Below, piece by piece: positions 1 through 11,549 of a DNA stretch of 64,000 nucleotides. This stretch comes from Octopus vulgaris (taxonomy: Eukaryota). The DNA lies in the NCBI GenBank assembly GCA_951406725.2, contig OX597834.1, positions 28,272,001 to 28,336,000 on the forward strand. The letters are read 5' to 3'. The position numbers were made by a program, and so were the translations under genes. Position 1 is the first letter of the stretch. The number at the start of each line of letters is the position of its first letter. The notes beneath the pieces are model-generated. The model was not told where the DNA came from and searched no databases. It saw only the letters and a program-made list of their open reading frames with translations.

Positions 1-316
1 TGAAATTAACGTGTAAGTGGCTGAGCACTCCACAGACACGTGTACCCTTAACATAGTTCTCGGGGATATTCAGCATGACACAGAGAGTGACAAGGCCGGC
101 CCTTTGAAATACAGGTACAACAGAAACAGGAAGTAAGAGTGAGAGAAAGTTGTGGTGAAAGAGTACAGCAGGGATCACCACCATCCCTGCCGGAGCCTCG
201 TGGAGCTTTAGGTGTTTTCGCTCAATAAACACTCACAACGCCCGGTCTGGGAATCGAAACCGCGATCCTACGACCGCGAGTCCGCTGCCCTAACCACTGG
301 GCCATTGCGCCTCCAC
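1..316 (-). mobile_element. SINE family A (tRNA-derived), cut by window start
   Basis: Reverse complement begins gtggaggcgcaaTGGCCCAGTGGttagggcagcgg...GGTTTCGATTCCC (Pol III A/B boxes). Near-identical to copies at 1533-1921 and 58013-58400. Confidence 0.9.
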
Positions 317-348
317 ATTTGACAGTAAACTGAATGCTAAAGGGTTAA
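317..348. mobile_element. End of TTAA-type (piggyBac-like) MITE interrupted by SINE A
   Basis: atttgacag...tgaatgctaaagggTTAA matches the right ends of the MITEs at 19981-20761 and 43652-44430. Confidence 0.55.
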
Positions 349-440
349 TAATATGAAAGATTATTTCTACAGAAGGCACAAGGCCAATTGTCTTTGACTG
401 AAGAGTAGAGGCAATTACACCAATCCCAGTATATCACTCA

Positions 441-591
441 ACCACATGGTTCTGGGTTCAGTCCTACTGCGTGGCATCTTGGACGAGTGCCTTCTAATAC
501 AGCCTCAGGCCGACCCCAAAACCACGTGAGTGGATTTGGTAGACAGAAACTGAAAGAAGCCCATCATATATATGTATATATGATGTATATA

Positions 592-622
<31 letters not shown>

Positions 623-790
623 CTCCACCATCACTTGTCGACCGATGTTGCTGTGTTTATGTCCCTGTAACTTAGCAGTTCAGCAAAAGAGACCAACAGA
701 ATAAGTATTAAGGCTTACAAAGAATAAGGCCTGAAGGGTGGTGCTCCAGCATGGCTGTAGTCAAATGACAGAAACAAGTAAAAGAATGAA
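441..790 (+). mobile_element. SINE family B, 5'-truncated and diverged
   Basis: ggttcagtcc B box, internal (TA)/(TG) tract and gaaacaagtaaaagag-type tail, as in the full copy at 57238-57633. Confidence 0.85.
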
Positions 791-1340
791 ATATATATTA
801 TATATTTGCATATTCATCATCATCATAAACGATGATGATGATGATGATGATGAATATGCAAATGCAACTTGGAAGCATACACCATGCATTCGCTACTTAT
901 TACAGGTACCCATGTAGTCACTACCAGAGATACACAGCCACACAGATCGACACCCTCTGAGTCCTCCTACCACCCTTGGCCTTGCAGAACACCCAGTATG
1001 TAACAGCTTGCGAGGGAGAGAAGGAAAGGACTGCAGCAATTCTGCTGAAAGAATATAAAAAAAAAACTGGACTTTGGGCAGTATTTGAAATCAGAGTGCA
1101 CCAAATTGGAACGGACGTTGCAATGTATTCTAACCAACATCTTAATAACTCTGCCCAATCAGCTGTCTGATAAAAGCCAGAACAAAGATTACAACAAGAG
1201 ATGATGATGATGATGATGATGATAATCATAGTGGTGGTGGTGGTGGTGGTGATAATGATGATGCTTCCAAACAAGGTTGTGATTGTTTTGTGCAGTATAA
1301 AGTCTAAAACTGATAATGATGATAATGATATTAACAGGCT

Positions 1341-1452
1341 CAGGCGTGGCTGTGTGGTAAGTAGCTTGCTTACCATCCACATGGTTCTGGGTTCAGTCCC
1401 ACTGCGTGGCACCTTGGGCAAGTGTCTTCTACTATAGCTTCGAGCCAACCAA
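1341..1452 (+). mobile_element. SINE B head fragment
   Basis: tggctgtgtgg A box, ggttcagtccc B box, caccttgggcaagtgtc. Confidence 0.85.
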
Positions 1453-1474
1453 TAATAATAATAATAATAATAAT

Positions 1475-2053
1475 AACCAGAATCCTTGTCTGGTACCAGA
1501 TCGATACCAAAATTTCATCAGTTCATGATGGATGGATGGAAGCACTCCGTCGGTTACGACGACGAGGGTTCCGGTTGATCCGAATCAACGGGACAGCCTG
1601 CTCGTGAAATTAACGTGTAAGTGGCTGAGCACTCCACAGACACGTGTACCCTTAACGTAGTTCTCGGGGATATTCAGCGTGACACAGAAAGTGACTAGGC
1701 CAGCCCTTTGAAATACAGGTACAACAGAAACAGGAAGTAAGAGTGAGAGAAAGTTGTGGTGAAAGAGTACAGCAGGGATCACCACCATCCCCTGCCGGAG
1801 CCTCGTGGAGCTTTAGGCGTTTTCGCTCAATAAACACTCACAACGCCCGGTTTGGGAATCGAAACCGCGATCCTATGACCACGAGTCCGCTGCCCTAACC
1901 ACTGGGCCATTGCGCCTCCACTAGTTCATGATAGTCACGAGGCCAAACATCCTTGAATGTTTCATCCGAATCCATCAAGAGGTTCTTGAGATAACATGTC
2001 CATGGACAAGCAAACAAACATGACTGAAAACAATACCTCCACCTTTGCTATAA
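1475..2053. mobile_element. Helentron/DINE-like non-autonomous element interrupted by SINE A
   Basis: Motif order aaatttcatc / tttcatccgaatcc / gagataac / caaacaaac / gaaaacaatacctcc resembles non-autonomous Helentron-type repeats. Classification is from pattern memory only. Confidence 0.4.
1533..1921 (-). mobile_element. SINE family A, full length with 10-bp TSD
   Basis: A/B boxes and (CCAT)n tail. TSD agttcatgat at 1520-1529 and 1923-1932. Confidence 0.93.
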
Positions 2054-2286
2054 TGGTTTCGAATTTTGGTACAAGGCCAGCAACTTTTAGTGGGAGGGTG
2101 TTAAGTCAATGACATTGACCCCAGTATCTAACAGAGCCTTTTTTAATGGCTAAGTTCATCTCAGCAGGATTTGAAACATTAAAATAAATAGGGCAAAACA
2201 CTTTTCCAACTAACGATTCTGTCAAATCAACTGCTACAATAACAATAATAATAATAATAAATAATAATACTAATAATAACAATAAG

Positions 2287-2684
2287 CCTTTCTACTAAGG
2301 GCACAAGGCCTGAAATTTTGGGGGAGGGGGATAGTTGATTACATCGACCCCAGTGTTTCACTGGTACTTAATTTATTGACCCCGAAAGGATGAAAGGCAA
2401 AGTCAACCTCGGCAGAATTTGAACTCAGAATGCAAAGACAGATGAAATACCCATTTCTTTATTACCCACAAGGGGCTAAACATAGAGGGGACAAACAAGG
2501 ACAGACATAGGTATTAAGTCAATTACATCGACCCCAGTGCATAACTGGTACTTAATTTATCGACCCCGGAAGGATGAAAGGCAAAGTCGACCTCGGCAGA
2601 ATTTGAACTCACAACGTAACGGCAGCCGAAATACCGCGAAGCATTCTACCTGGTATGCTAATGATTCTGCCAGCTCACTGCCTT
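2287..2684 (-). mobile_element. SINE family C composite (head + C1 body + C2 body)
   Basis: Head gagctggcagaa...gagttcaaattc. Core gaggtcgactttgcctttcatcc...gggtcgataaattaagtacc occurs twice with two different tails; junction at aaatac 2445-2450. Confidence 0.85.
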
Positions 2685-2696
2685 TATAATAATAAC

Positions 2697-2730
<34 letters not shown>

Positions 2731-3027
2731 GTAAAAGCACCATCCATTCGTGTCCGTTGCCAGCCTCGCCTGGCCCCCGTGCCGGTGGCACGTAAAAGCA
2801 CCATCCGTTCGTGGCCGTTTGCCAGCTCCGTCTGGTACCTGTGCGGGTGGCCCGTAAAAGGCACCCACTACACTCACGGAGTGGTTGGCGTTAGGAAGGG
2901 CATCCAGCCGTAGAAACACTGCCAGATCAGACTGGAGCCTGGTGCAGCCTCCATGGCTTACCAGACCCCAGTTGAACCGTCCAACCCATGTTAGCATGGA
3001 AAAACGGACGCTAAATGATGATGATGA
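2731..3027 (+). mobile_element. Family D retroposon 3' portion with (GAT)n tail
   Basis: ~55-bp subrepeats gtgccggtggcacgtaaaagcacc, then gttggcgttaggaagggcatccagc, a ccatg(c/t)tagcatgg palindrome and a gatgatgat tail. Confidence 0.85.
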
Positions 3028-3261
3028 ATAGGTATGAAAGTCAAACGACAAAATATATAAAACCAACGGAAAGCAAGAGAAAATGATTAACATAGATGAC
3101 CTGATTCACAAGATGAAGAGACAAAGAGAGAGAAAGAGTCGGCAAGAATTTGAATATAGAATTGAGAATAGCTGATAATTTTAGAGAAAAAAAAACCACT
3201 TCCTTCTGAAAGACAAGTCAGGTGTAATAGTTTTCTTTCTGTTTGTCTGTCTGTCTGTCTG

Positions 3262-3297
<36 letters not shown>

Positions 3298-3584
3298 ATA
3301 CAGACACATTGTATGTCATTAAAAGAGGGTGTATGGAGAGCAGACATTAAAATAGAACATCAAAATGCGAAATGGCTGTTACTTGAGGAGGGGGGAGAGT
3401 AGACAGGAGACAGTAGGTGTGTTAATCTATGTCTGCATACACACACACACACTATATACATATATATATATATGCACACATATATTTGTTTGTCTGTCTG
3501 AGCATACATACGTACATTTTATATATATATATATCTCTCTATATATATATATATATGTATGTATGAATATATGGTTTATGATAT

Positions 3585-3630
<46 letters not shown>

Positions 3631-3659
3631 TACATTTATGTTTGCCTGTCTGAGAAAAC

Positions 3660-3707
<48 letters not shown>

Positions 3708-3715
3708 ATGTATGT

Positions 3716-3925
3716 TTGTGTGTCTGTGTCTGTCCCCCTAGCATTGCTTGACAACCGATGCTGGTGTGTTTATGTCCCCGCACTTAGCGGTTCGGCAAAA
3801 AGAGACCGATAGAATAAGTACTGGGCTTACAAAGAATAAGTCCCGGGGTTGAGTTGCTCAACTAAAGGCGGTGCTCCAGCATGGCCACAGTCAAATGACT
3901 GAAACAAGTAAAAGAGTAAAAAAGA

Positions 3926-3927
<2 letters not shown>
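3716..3927 (+). mobile_element. SINE B 3' half
   Basis: Matches 57420-57633; preceded by an expanded (TA)/(CA) tract. Confidence 0.85.
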
Positions 3928-3962
<35 letters not shown>

Positions 3963-4230
3963 ACATAGAGAGACAGATACATGGATATTATTTGTACATT
4001 TGTGTGACACTGAAAATGTGTATACATGCAAATATGTAAATACAATATATATGATATGGCTTTTTTTTGTGTGTGTGTGTATATATATATGAATTCATCT
4101 TAAGGGCAAATCTAGTATACAGCGCCAATGAGCTGAAATAACAACAAAGTATCAATATCCTTCGTTATTGTTCACCTTTGAAGTAATTCATTTCTTCTGG
4201 CTTTAACCCACATTCAAACCAGCCTGGCTT

Positions 4231-4280
4231 AAATACGATCCGTTTCGATTTACTGGAGTAAGCAAATCTCTTCAGAATGC
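4231..4280 (-). ncRNA. Hammerhead-ribozyme-like core (Penelope-type), stem I degenerate
   Basis: Minus strand reads gcatt CTGAAGA gatttgct-tactcc-agtaaatc GAAAC ggatc GTA: intact CUGANGA/GAAA core, 8-bp stem II, short stem III and a GUA site. Lies in a ~320-bp segment between (TA)n tracts. Confidence 0.55.
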
Positions 4281-4420
4281 GAGTATAGATAAATGCAGTA
4301 AATCGTAAATGCTACCCTCATCTCTGCTTCTTCCTTCTTTGTTACATATTTAATTAAAGACACACCAGAGTAAACCACGAGTTTCCCATTGTTATTATAT
4401 TCATTTTTTTATATATATAT

Positions 4421-4822
4421 CATCATCATCGTTTAACGTCCGTTCTCCATGCTAGCATGGGTTGGACGGTTCGACCGGGGATCTGGGAAGCCAGAAGGCT
4501 GCACCAGGCTCCGGTCTTATCTGGCAATGTTTCTGCAGCTGGATGCCCTTCCTAACGCCAACCACTCCGTGAGTGTAGTGGGTGCATTTTATGTGCCACC
4601 TGCACTGGTGCCAGGCGAGGCTGGCATCGGCCATGGTCGGATTGGTGCATTTTACATGCCACCGACACGGAAGCCAGTCGAGGCGGCGCTGGCATCGGCC
4701 ACGATTCGGATAGTGCTTTTTACGTATCTGCCGGGTGCCAGTCATAGGATTGGTTCAATTTCGATTCCGATTTTACTTGCCCCAACAGGTCTTCGCAAGC
4801 AAAGGGGGGTTGGCATAGGTGC
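4421..4822 (-). mobile_element. Family D retroposon inserted at (TA)n
   Basis: (CAT)n then gtttaacgtccgttctccatgctagcatgggttggacgg and internal subrepeats. Confidence 0.85.
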
Positions 4823-5577
4823 ATATATATATAGCGAGAGAGAGTTATTACTAAGAACTCCGTGTATTCTTTATGGGCAGAGTCCAAGGTTATAGTTCAT
4901 CACCATTCTCTTTTGTAAATCCATGGTTGTGATAAAAGTGACTAATAAAATAAATACCATGCTTTCAAGAAAAATAAGTCCTAGGGTCAATTTGTTCAAC
5001 TAAAACCATTCGTAGCAGTGCTCCAGCATGGCCTCAGTCCACTGAATGAAACAAGTAAAAAGAAAATAAAAGATGTGTGTGTATATGTGTGAGCGTCTGT
5101 TAATGCATATGTCCCCTCTCCTTAGAGTTTAATAAACAATGTAGGTTTGTTTACATTCCTTAACTTAGCAGCTCAAGAAGAAAATACACAGTAATATTCA
5201 AGGATTTTTTTAAACAAAAAACAAAAAAAAATGTGGATCTTTTATGCCACAAAATATTACACTTAGGTTTCCAAGTTTTAAATTTCCAACATAATTTATA
5301 TGAGTCAACTCCGATGGTCTTTTATTTTATACATGAATGGGAATTAACAAAATTGTGATCAATAAGTAAATTGCCATATAAGTTGATACCAGAGGCCAAT
5401 AACCATTAAGATACTTCGTCCGATAATTATTACAAATACTGATAAATTTATATTTATGATTGTCAGTAATTAGCTCTCATTGATTCTAATTTTAATGTCC
5501 TAGTTTCAAAGTGACCGAATGAAAGAGAAGAAAGAGTTTGTTTTAAAATTTGCAAAGTTTTTTTTTCTGGTTTCATC

Positions 5578-6246
5578 TTCTTATCTTTTACTAGTTTCAG
5601 TCATTAGACTGTGGTCATGTTGGAGCACTACTTTCAAGAATTCTTTTGTTTGCACGAATTGACCCTGGTACTTATTTTTTGTTAAGTCTGGTTGAGAGAT
5701 CGATTAAAAAAAGTATTTCATCGATCTCTTTTTCCAAACTGCTAAGTTACAGGGACATAAACACACCAACACCGGTTGTCAAGTGATGGTGGGGGACAAA
5801 CACACACATATATATATATATATAACATACTTCTTTCAGTTTCTTATTTCTTTACTGCCCACAAGGGGCTAAACATAGAGGGGACAAACAAGGACAGACA
5901 AAGGGATTAAGTCGATTACATCGACCCCGGTACGTAACTGGTACTTAATTTATGACCCCGAAAGGATGAAAGGCAAAGTCGGCCTGGGCAGAATTTGAAC
6001 TCAGAACATAAGTAAAGACGGATGAAATACTGTTAAGCATTTCGCCCAGCGTGTTAACGTTTCTGCCAGCTCGCTGCTTTTAAGTTTCCGTCTACCAAAT
6101 CTTCTTTCAGTTTCTGTCCACCAAATCCACTCACAAGGCTTTGGTCAACCAGATGCTAGAGTAGAAGACCCTTGCCCAAGGTACCATGCAATGAGACTGA
6201 ACCCAGAACCATGTGGTTGGGAAGCAAACTTCTTTCCACACAGCCT
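5578..6246 (-). mobile_element. SINE B interrupted by a nested SINE C1 (about 5844-6080, minus)
   Basis: B tail at 5578 and B head at ~6100-6246. A complete C1 lies between, near ttctttcagtttc. Confidence 0.8.
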
Positions 6247-6349
6247 GAGCTTATTGTTCAAATTTGTAATGTACTTCTTAAGCCATTGGCCAAGCCTTAC
6301 TCTTTCACATGAACCTGTCAAACCCTTTTTTCTTTATTTTTTTCTATTC

Positions 6350-6510
6350 ATAGGTGGAAGAATGCCTAATCAGCTTGCTTCACAACCACATGGTTTCAGG
6401 GCTTAGTTCTACTGTGTGGCACCTTGGGTAAGAGTCTTCTGCTATAGCCCCAGGCTAACCAGGCCTTTGAAAGAATTTGGTAGACAGAAACTGAGTGGAG
6501 TCTATCATAT
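6350..6510 (+). mobile_element. SINE B head, diverged
   Basis: aaccacatggtttc...gtggcaccttgggtaagagtcttctgctatagcccc. Confidence 0.7.
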
Positions 6511-7448
6511 ATACATACATTATCTTTTATGTTTTACTTGTTTCAATTATTTAGACTGCAGCTATGCTGGGATATCACCTTGAAGAATTTTATTCAAAGG
6601 CATACCAATACGTCTTTTCTTAAAACCTGGTACTTACTCTTAGTCTCTTCAGGTAGCTGATGATTTACAGAATGATGTATAAATAAATTTTCTAAATGGA
6701 TCCAAAATTGCCCCTTAATGAGAGAAAGTAAACATACGCCTAGCAGTAATTGTTAAAAAAAGAAGAGATCATGTGAAGACAGGACAAATTTCAAAGAAAA
6801 TTAAGGCCCTGTTTCTAAGGGCCTAAAGCCTCGGGTGAAGAAATCCAACAGGTTTTTAAGCAAAAAAAAAAAAAAAGGTAACACTTATTACAGATATGTT
6901 AGATATATATCCAGAGAGCAAAGGGAGGGGTTACGGTGGCTGTTTTTGCTAAAAAGGAAGTTAGTACAGATGGCTTAACTAACTTAAAGCCTAGAATATC
7001 CCACAAATCTACTGCAAAAACAAAAATAATAAAGTATGCATAGCAACAACTGTCAAGAGCATTCAAGAAACGGTCACAAAGTGCAGAAAATCTAAGATTG
7101 GGGATTATTTTCAAGTATGTTTTTTTTTACTTTTGCTTTTTTTTTCCAGGAGGAGGAGTTGGCTGGAAGGGGTTAGTAAAGTAGGGGTTATATTATATAT
7201 ATTTTTTTTGTTTGTTTGTTTGTTTTTCTGGGTGTTTAGGTGTTGGAAGTTTGCTGAATGATGTAGAAGGGGGTTTGTTTATTATCAGTCAAGGACCCCT
7301 TTGTTTGCATTTGCTGGCAGCAAGTTCTATGTTGTTCAAAAGCGAAATGGTGACAGAGAGAAAAAGAAAACTCAGGAAAACGGTTTGTCCGAACATGTCC
7401 TGTTGTCGTTCAACAGATGCGAAAATAGGAAGGAAAAATTTTGTTCGC

Positions 7449-7806
7449 TTTGCTAACCAACCACATGGCTCCGGGGTCAGTCCCACTGCGTGGCATCTTG
7501 GGCAAGTGTCTTCTGCTATAGCCCCAGGCCGACCAATGCCTTATGAGTGGGTTTGGTAGACGGAAACTGAAAGAAGCCTGTCGTATATATATGTGTTTGT
7601 GTGTCTGTGTTTGTACCCCTAGCTTTGCTTGACAACCGATGCTGGTGTGTTTACGTCCCCGTCACTTAGCGGTTAAGCAAAAGAGACCGATAGAATAAGT
7701 ACTAGGCTTACAAAGAATAAGTCCCGGGGTCGATTTGCTCGACTAAAGGCGGTGCTCCAGCATGGCCGCAGTCAAATGACTGAAACAAGTAAAAGAGAGT
7801 AAAGAG
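7449..7806 (+). mobile_element. SINE B, nearly full length
   Basis: High identity by eye to 57238-57633. Confidence 0.9.
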
Positions 7807-7842
7807 TATATATCTGTTTTACCACACTAGCATACATTAGAC

Positions 7843-7979
7843 CAGTGTTTCCCAAACATTTTTGGGCTGCCACTCCTTTGGCACCTGGGCCACATTCCTA
7901 GCACCCCCCACCCCAAACTGGATCCTTCCACTGCTCCCCTCGTGGAGAGGGACAGAACAGCCCACTTTAGGACCCACTG
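7843..7979. mobile_element. hAT-like MITE, degenerate
   Basis: Ends cagtgtttcccaaa ... tttaggacccactg. Flanks cattagac / ggttaggc are an imperfect 8-bp TSD (5/8). Confidence 0.5.
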
Positions 7980-8022
7980 GGTTAGGCTAAAATTGTTGTT
8001 AAGGCCATTGTTTTACACACAC

Positions 8023-8202
8023 TAGCACTCCATCGGTTACAACAAGGCATTTCGCCCGGCGTGTTAACGTTTCTGCCAGCTCGCCACTTTGTCGATAAAT
8101 TAGGTACCAGTTACGCACTGGGGTCGATGTAATCAACATAATCCGTTTGTCTGTCCTTGTTTGTCCCCTCTGTGTTTAGCCCCTTGTGGGTAGTAAAGAA
8201 AT
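8023..8202. mobile_element. Chimeric SINE junction: A tail (-), C head (-), C1 tail (+)
   Basis: agcactccatcggttac (A tail) | gcatttcgcccggcgtgttaacgtttctgccagctcgcc (C head reversed) | gtcgataaattaggtaccag...gtaaagaaat (C1 tail forward). Confidence 0.7.
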
Positions 8203-8517
8203 ATATTTTGTCTTGGGTCTGTGTTTTCAAGTGTAAAGGTTCTTTTGGAGAAACCTACCACCTGTTGGTGTGAAACGAAACTACAATATCAGATAGAAAC
8301 ACAGAGATGAGGGGCGTCGAGAGACACAAACAGTTAAGGGGGAAGACAAACACATGTACATACAAAGAAGAGGACAGGAAAGAGAAATATGAAAGAGAAA
8401 GAGACACAGAGAATGGAGTGAACACATACACACATATACACAAACACACAAGGGAGCAGAGATGCACACAGACACACACATTCCAACATGGGAACAGAGT
8501 GAGAAACAAAAGTAGAG

Positions 8518-8820
8518 GGTGAGAAAATGAGAGAGAGTGAGAATGAGAGAATGAGAATGAGAGAGAGAGTGAGAGAATGAGAGAGAGTGAGAACGAGAGA
8601 GAGTGAGAATGAGAGAGAGAGAGAATGAGAGAGAGAGAGTGAGAATGAGAGAGAGTGAGAATGAGAGAGAGTGAGAATGAGAGAGAGTGAGAATGAGAGA
8701 GAGAGAGAATGAGGGAGAGAGAGTGAGAATGAGAGAGAGAGAGTGAGAATGAGAGAGAGAGTGAGAATGAGAGAGAGAGTGAGAATGAGAGAGTGAGAAT
8801 GAGAGAGAGTGAGAATGACA
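8518..8820. repeat. Compound (GA)n-GTGAGAAT minisatellite in a purine-rich tract
   Basis: Repeated gagagagtgagaat units. Confidence 0.9.
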
Positions 8821-9519
8821 GATGAAGGACAGAAAGGAGATAAGTGGGGAAAGATAGAGTAAGAGAGAGAGAGAGAGAGAGAAACATACACAGAGAGATT
8901 GACATAGACAGGACAGAGAAAGACAGAGAGAGAAATAGAGAAAGAGGAAGAGGGAGAGCAAGATAAGGAGAGGAAGAAAGAGACTGGAAGGGAGAGACAG
9001 GGAAAGAGAAAGAAGAGAGGAGAGAGAAAGGGGAGGATTTAGTGGAAAGAAAACAAGGAAAGAGTTATACAGAGAGACTGAGAGGGATGTAGAGTCTATT
9101 AATCATCGCCCACAACAATTGAACACCTAGTGTCTAGCTTTGTCAACAAGATCGTTGGTGATGGTGATGGTGGTGGTGGTGTTGCCATAGTAATAATGGT
9201 AAATGTTGTGGGTGGGGAAGAAAGACTGTGGTGGTGGTGGTAATGAAGCCTGCAGGTGATGGTGATGATGGAAAGACAGAGGTAGGAAGCGAAGGTAAGA
9301 CAGATCGTGACAGTGGTGGCGGTGGCGGTTGGAAAGACAAGTGGTAGCATGGGTGGTGGTGAAGGTGGCAGTAGGGCGTATAGATGATGGGTGGGTGGTA
9401 AAGGGTAGGGGTGGGGGTGATGTGGACAAGAAGCACTTTGGTAGGGATGTAGTAGAAGTAGTGCGGGTGGGACGACAGTAAGAAATATGGGTGGAGGGCA
9501 GAGGAAAGACGCTAAGGAA

Positions 9520-10010
9520 AATTGTGAAGGTGGTGACAATGATGCTGGTGATGACAATAGTGATGATGTTGATGATGAAGAAGACAACGATGGTGGTGAT
9601 GGTGGTAGTGGCGGTGGACGGGGTTATAATAGTAGTTGTGACAATAGTGATGATGATGATGATGATGATGATGAAGACGACGACGATGGTGGTGAGGGTG
9701 GTGGTGGAGGTGGTTATGATAGTAGTTGTGACAATAGTGATGTTGATGATGATGAAGAAGATGACGATGGTAGTGATGGTGGTAGTGGCGGTGGAGGTGG
9801 TTATGATAGTAGTTGAGACAATAGTGATGATGATGAAGTTGATGATGAAGACGACGACGATGGTGGTGATGGTGGTAGTGGCGGTGGACGGGGTTATGAT
9901 AGTAGTTGTGACAATAGTGATGATGATGATGATGATGAAGGCAGTGCTGATGGTGATGGCGTTGGTAGAGATGATAGCGATGATGATGATGATGGTGGTA
10001 ATGATGATAT
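9520..10010. repeat. (GAT/GGT)-based compound minisatellite, ~85-105-bp higher-order unit
   Basis: ggttatgatagtagttgtgacaatagtgatg recurs near 9621, 9712, 9799 and 9892. Confidence 0.85.
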
Positions 10011-10543
10011 ACGTATGTCTACTGAACCAAAGAACAGGTTAAAAAAAAAATACAATTTACAATGTACGCATACAGAAATACACTGACACACACACATACT
10101 GAGACACACAGACACAGCCACCCACATGACAAACATTTATTTTTTTTTGTCTTTTTATCTCATTCTAAGAGTCTATCTCGTTATTGAATCTTCACTAACA
10201 TTTGCCAGAGACAACCCACAACGATCACCATTAACCATCACCATCAATCATCAATCATAACCACCTCACTGCCAATGCCAACACTCCTATAACACCATCA
10301 TCTGCTGCCTCACATTTGCTATAACCTATGTATATATTATATATATAATATATATATACACACACACATATATATACACCTATATCCTATATTTATATAC
10401 ACATCAGTATGAGTTAAACAGAGTACGAAATCTATTAGCAAATGTAGGACAACCATCATGATATTATTTCATTTACACACACACACACATACATACATAT
10501 AAACATACGTATATATACACAATATACACATACATATGTACAA

Positions 10544-10583
<40 letters not shown>

Positions 10584-10640
10584 ATAAATATATATATATA
10601 ATATATATATATACACACACATACATATATACACACATGT

Positions 10641-10671
<31 letters not shown>

Positions 10672-10672
<1 letters not shown>

Positions 10673-10915
10673 CATCATCATCATCGTTTAACGTCCGTTT
10701 TCCGCGCTAGCACGGGTTGGACGGTTCGACCGGGGTCTGGGAAGCCAGGGGCCGCTCCAGGCTCCAGTCTGATTCTGGCAGAGTTTCTACGGCTGGATGC
10801 CCTTCCTAACGCCAACCACTCCGTGAGTGGATTGGGTGCTTTTTACGTGCCACCTGCACAGGGGCCGGGGGTCCGGCATCGGTCACGATCGGTTCGAGCT
10901 TTTAACGTGCCAGGG
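10672..10915 (-). mobile_element. Family D 3' end, young (CpGs intact), inserted at (TA)n
   Basis: (CAT)n gtttaacgtccgttttccgcgctagcacgggttggacgg...ggatgcccttcctaacgccaacc. Confidence 0.85.
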
Positions 10916-11549
10916 ACACGGGGGCAACGGGATGCGGGGTAGAGTTGAGTTGGGGGGGGTCCAGCTGAGAAAGGTTTCACCAGTGAAAAGAGAGGGAGAG
11001 ATAGTAAAGGGGTGCAGGTAATATAGGGGAGCACCAGTGGGGAAGGTTGGGGGAGGAGGAACGATGGCAGGAAGGGTTGGTGAAGGTTCGTAAGAAATAT
11101 AAACGTAGGATGTGTATATATATATATGGGTAGGTGTGGGGAAGGTTGGGTGGGTAAGGAGGAACGATGGCAGGAAGGGTTGGTGCAGGTTCGTAAGAAA
11201 TAAAAACGTAGGATATTACGAGGCATGGAGGGGACTGGAAGGAGATAGTAGGATTGAGGCAGTGTCAGATTCAAAACAGGAGGAAGCGTAAGATCAGAGG
11301 GCGGTTGATGAGCTGAGACGCTAGCAGCTTGTCTTTTCTCAGTGAAAGCATATGAGGAGAAGGGGTAGGAAGGGGTGGTGGGGGAGGAGGAGGGAGTATC
11401 CGGTGTAGATGGTGAGAACAGTGTTCACCGGTATTGGTGGTATTGGCGGTGGGGGGGTGGTATTGGTGGTGGTGGGGGTGGTATTGGTGGTGGGGGTGGG
11501 GGTGGGAGGGGGGGTATTGGTGGTGGGGGTGGGGGTGGGAGGGCGGGCG

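Noticed and set aside
9487-10042. Asp/Gly-rich ORF resembling an acidic biomineralisation protein
   Set aside because: It is a (GAT/GGT) compound minisatellite with overlapping ORFs in other frames and no signal peptide or splice context.
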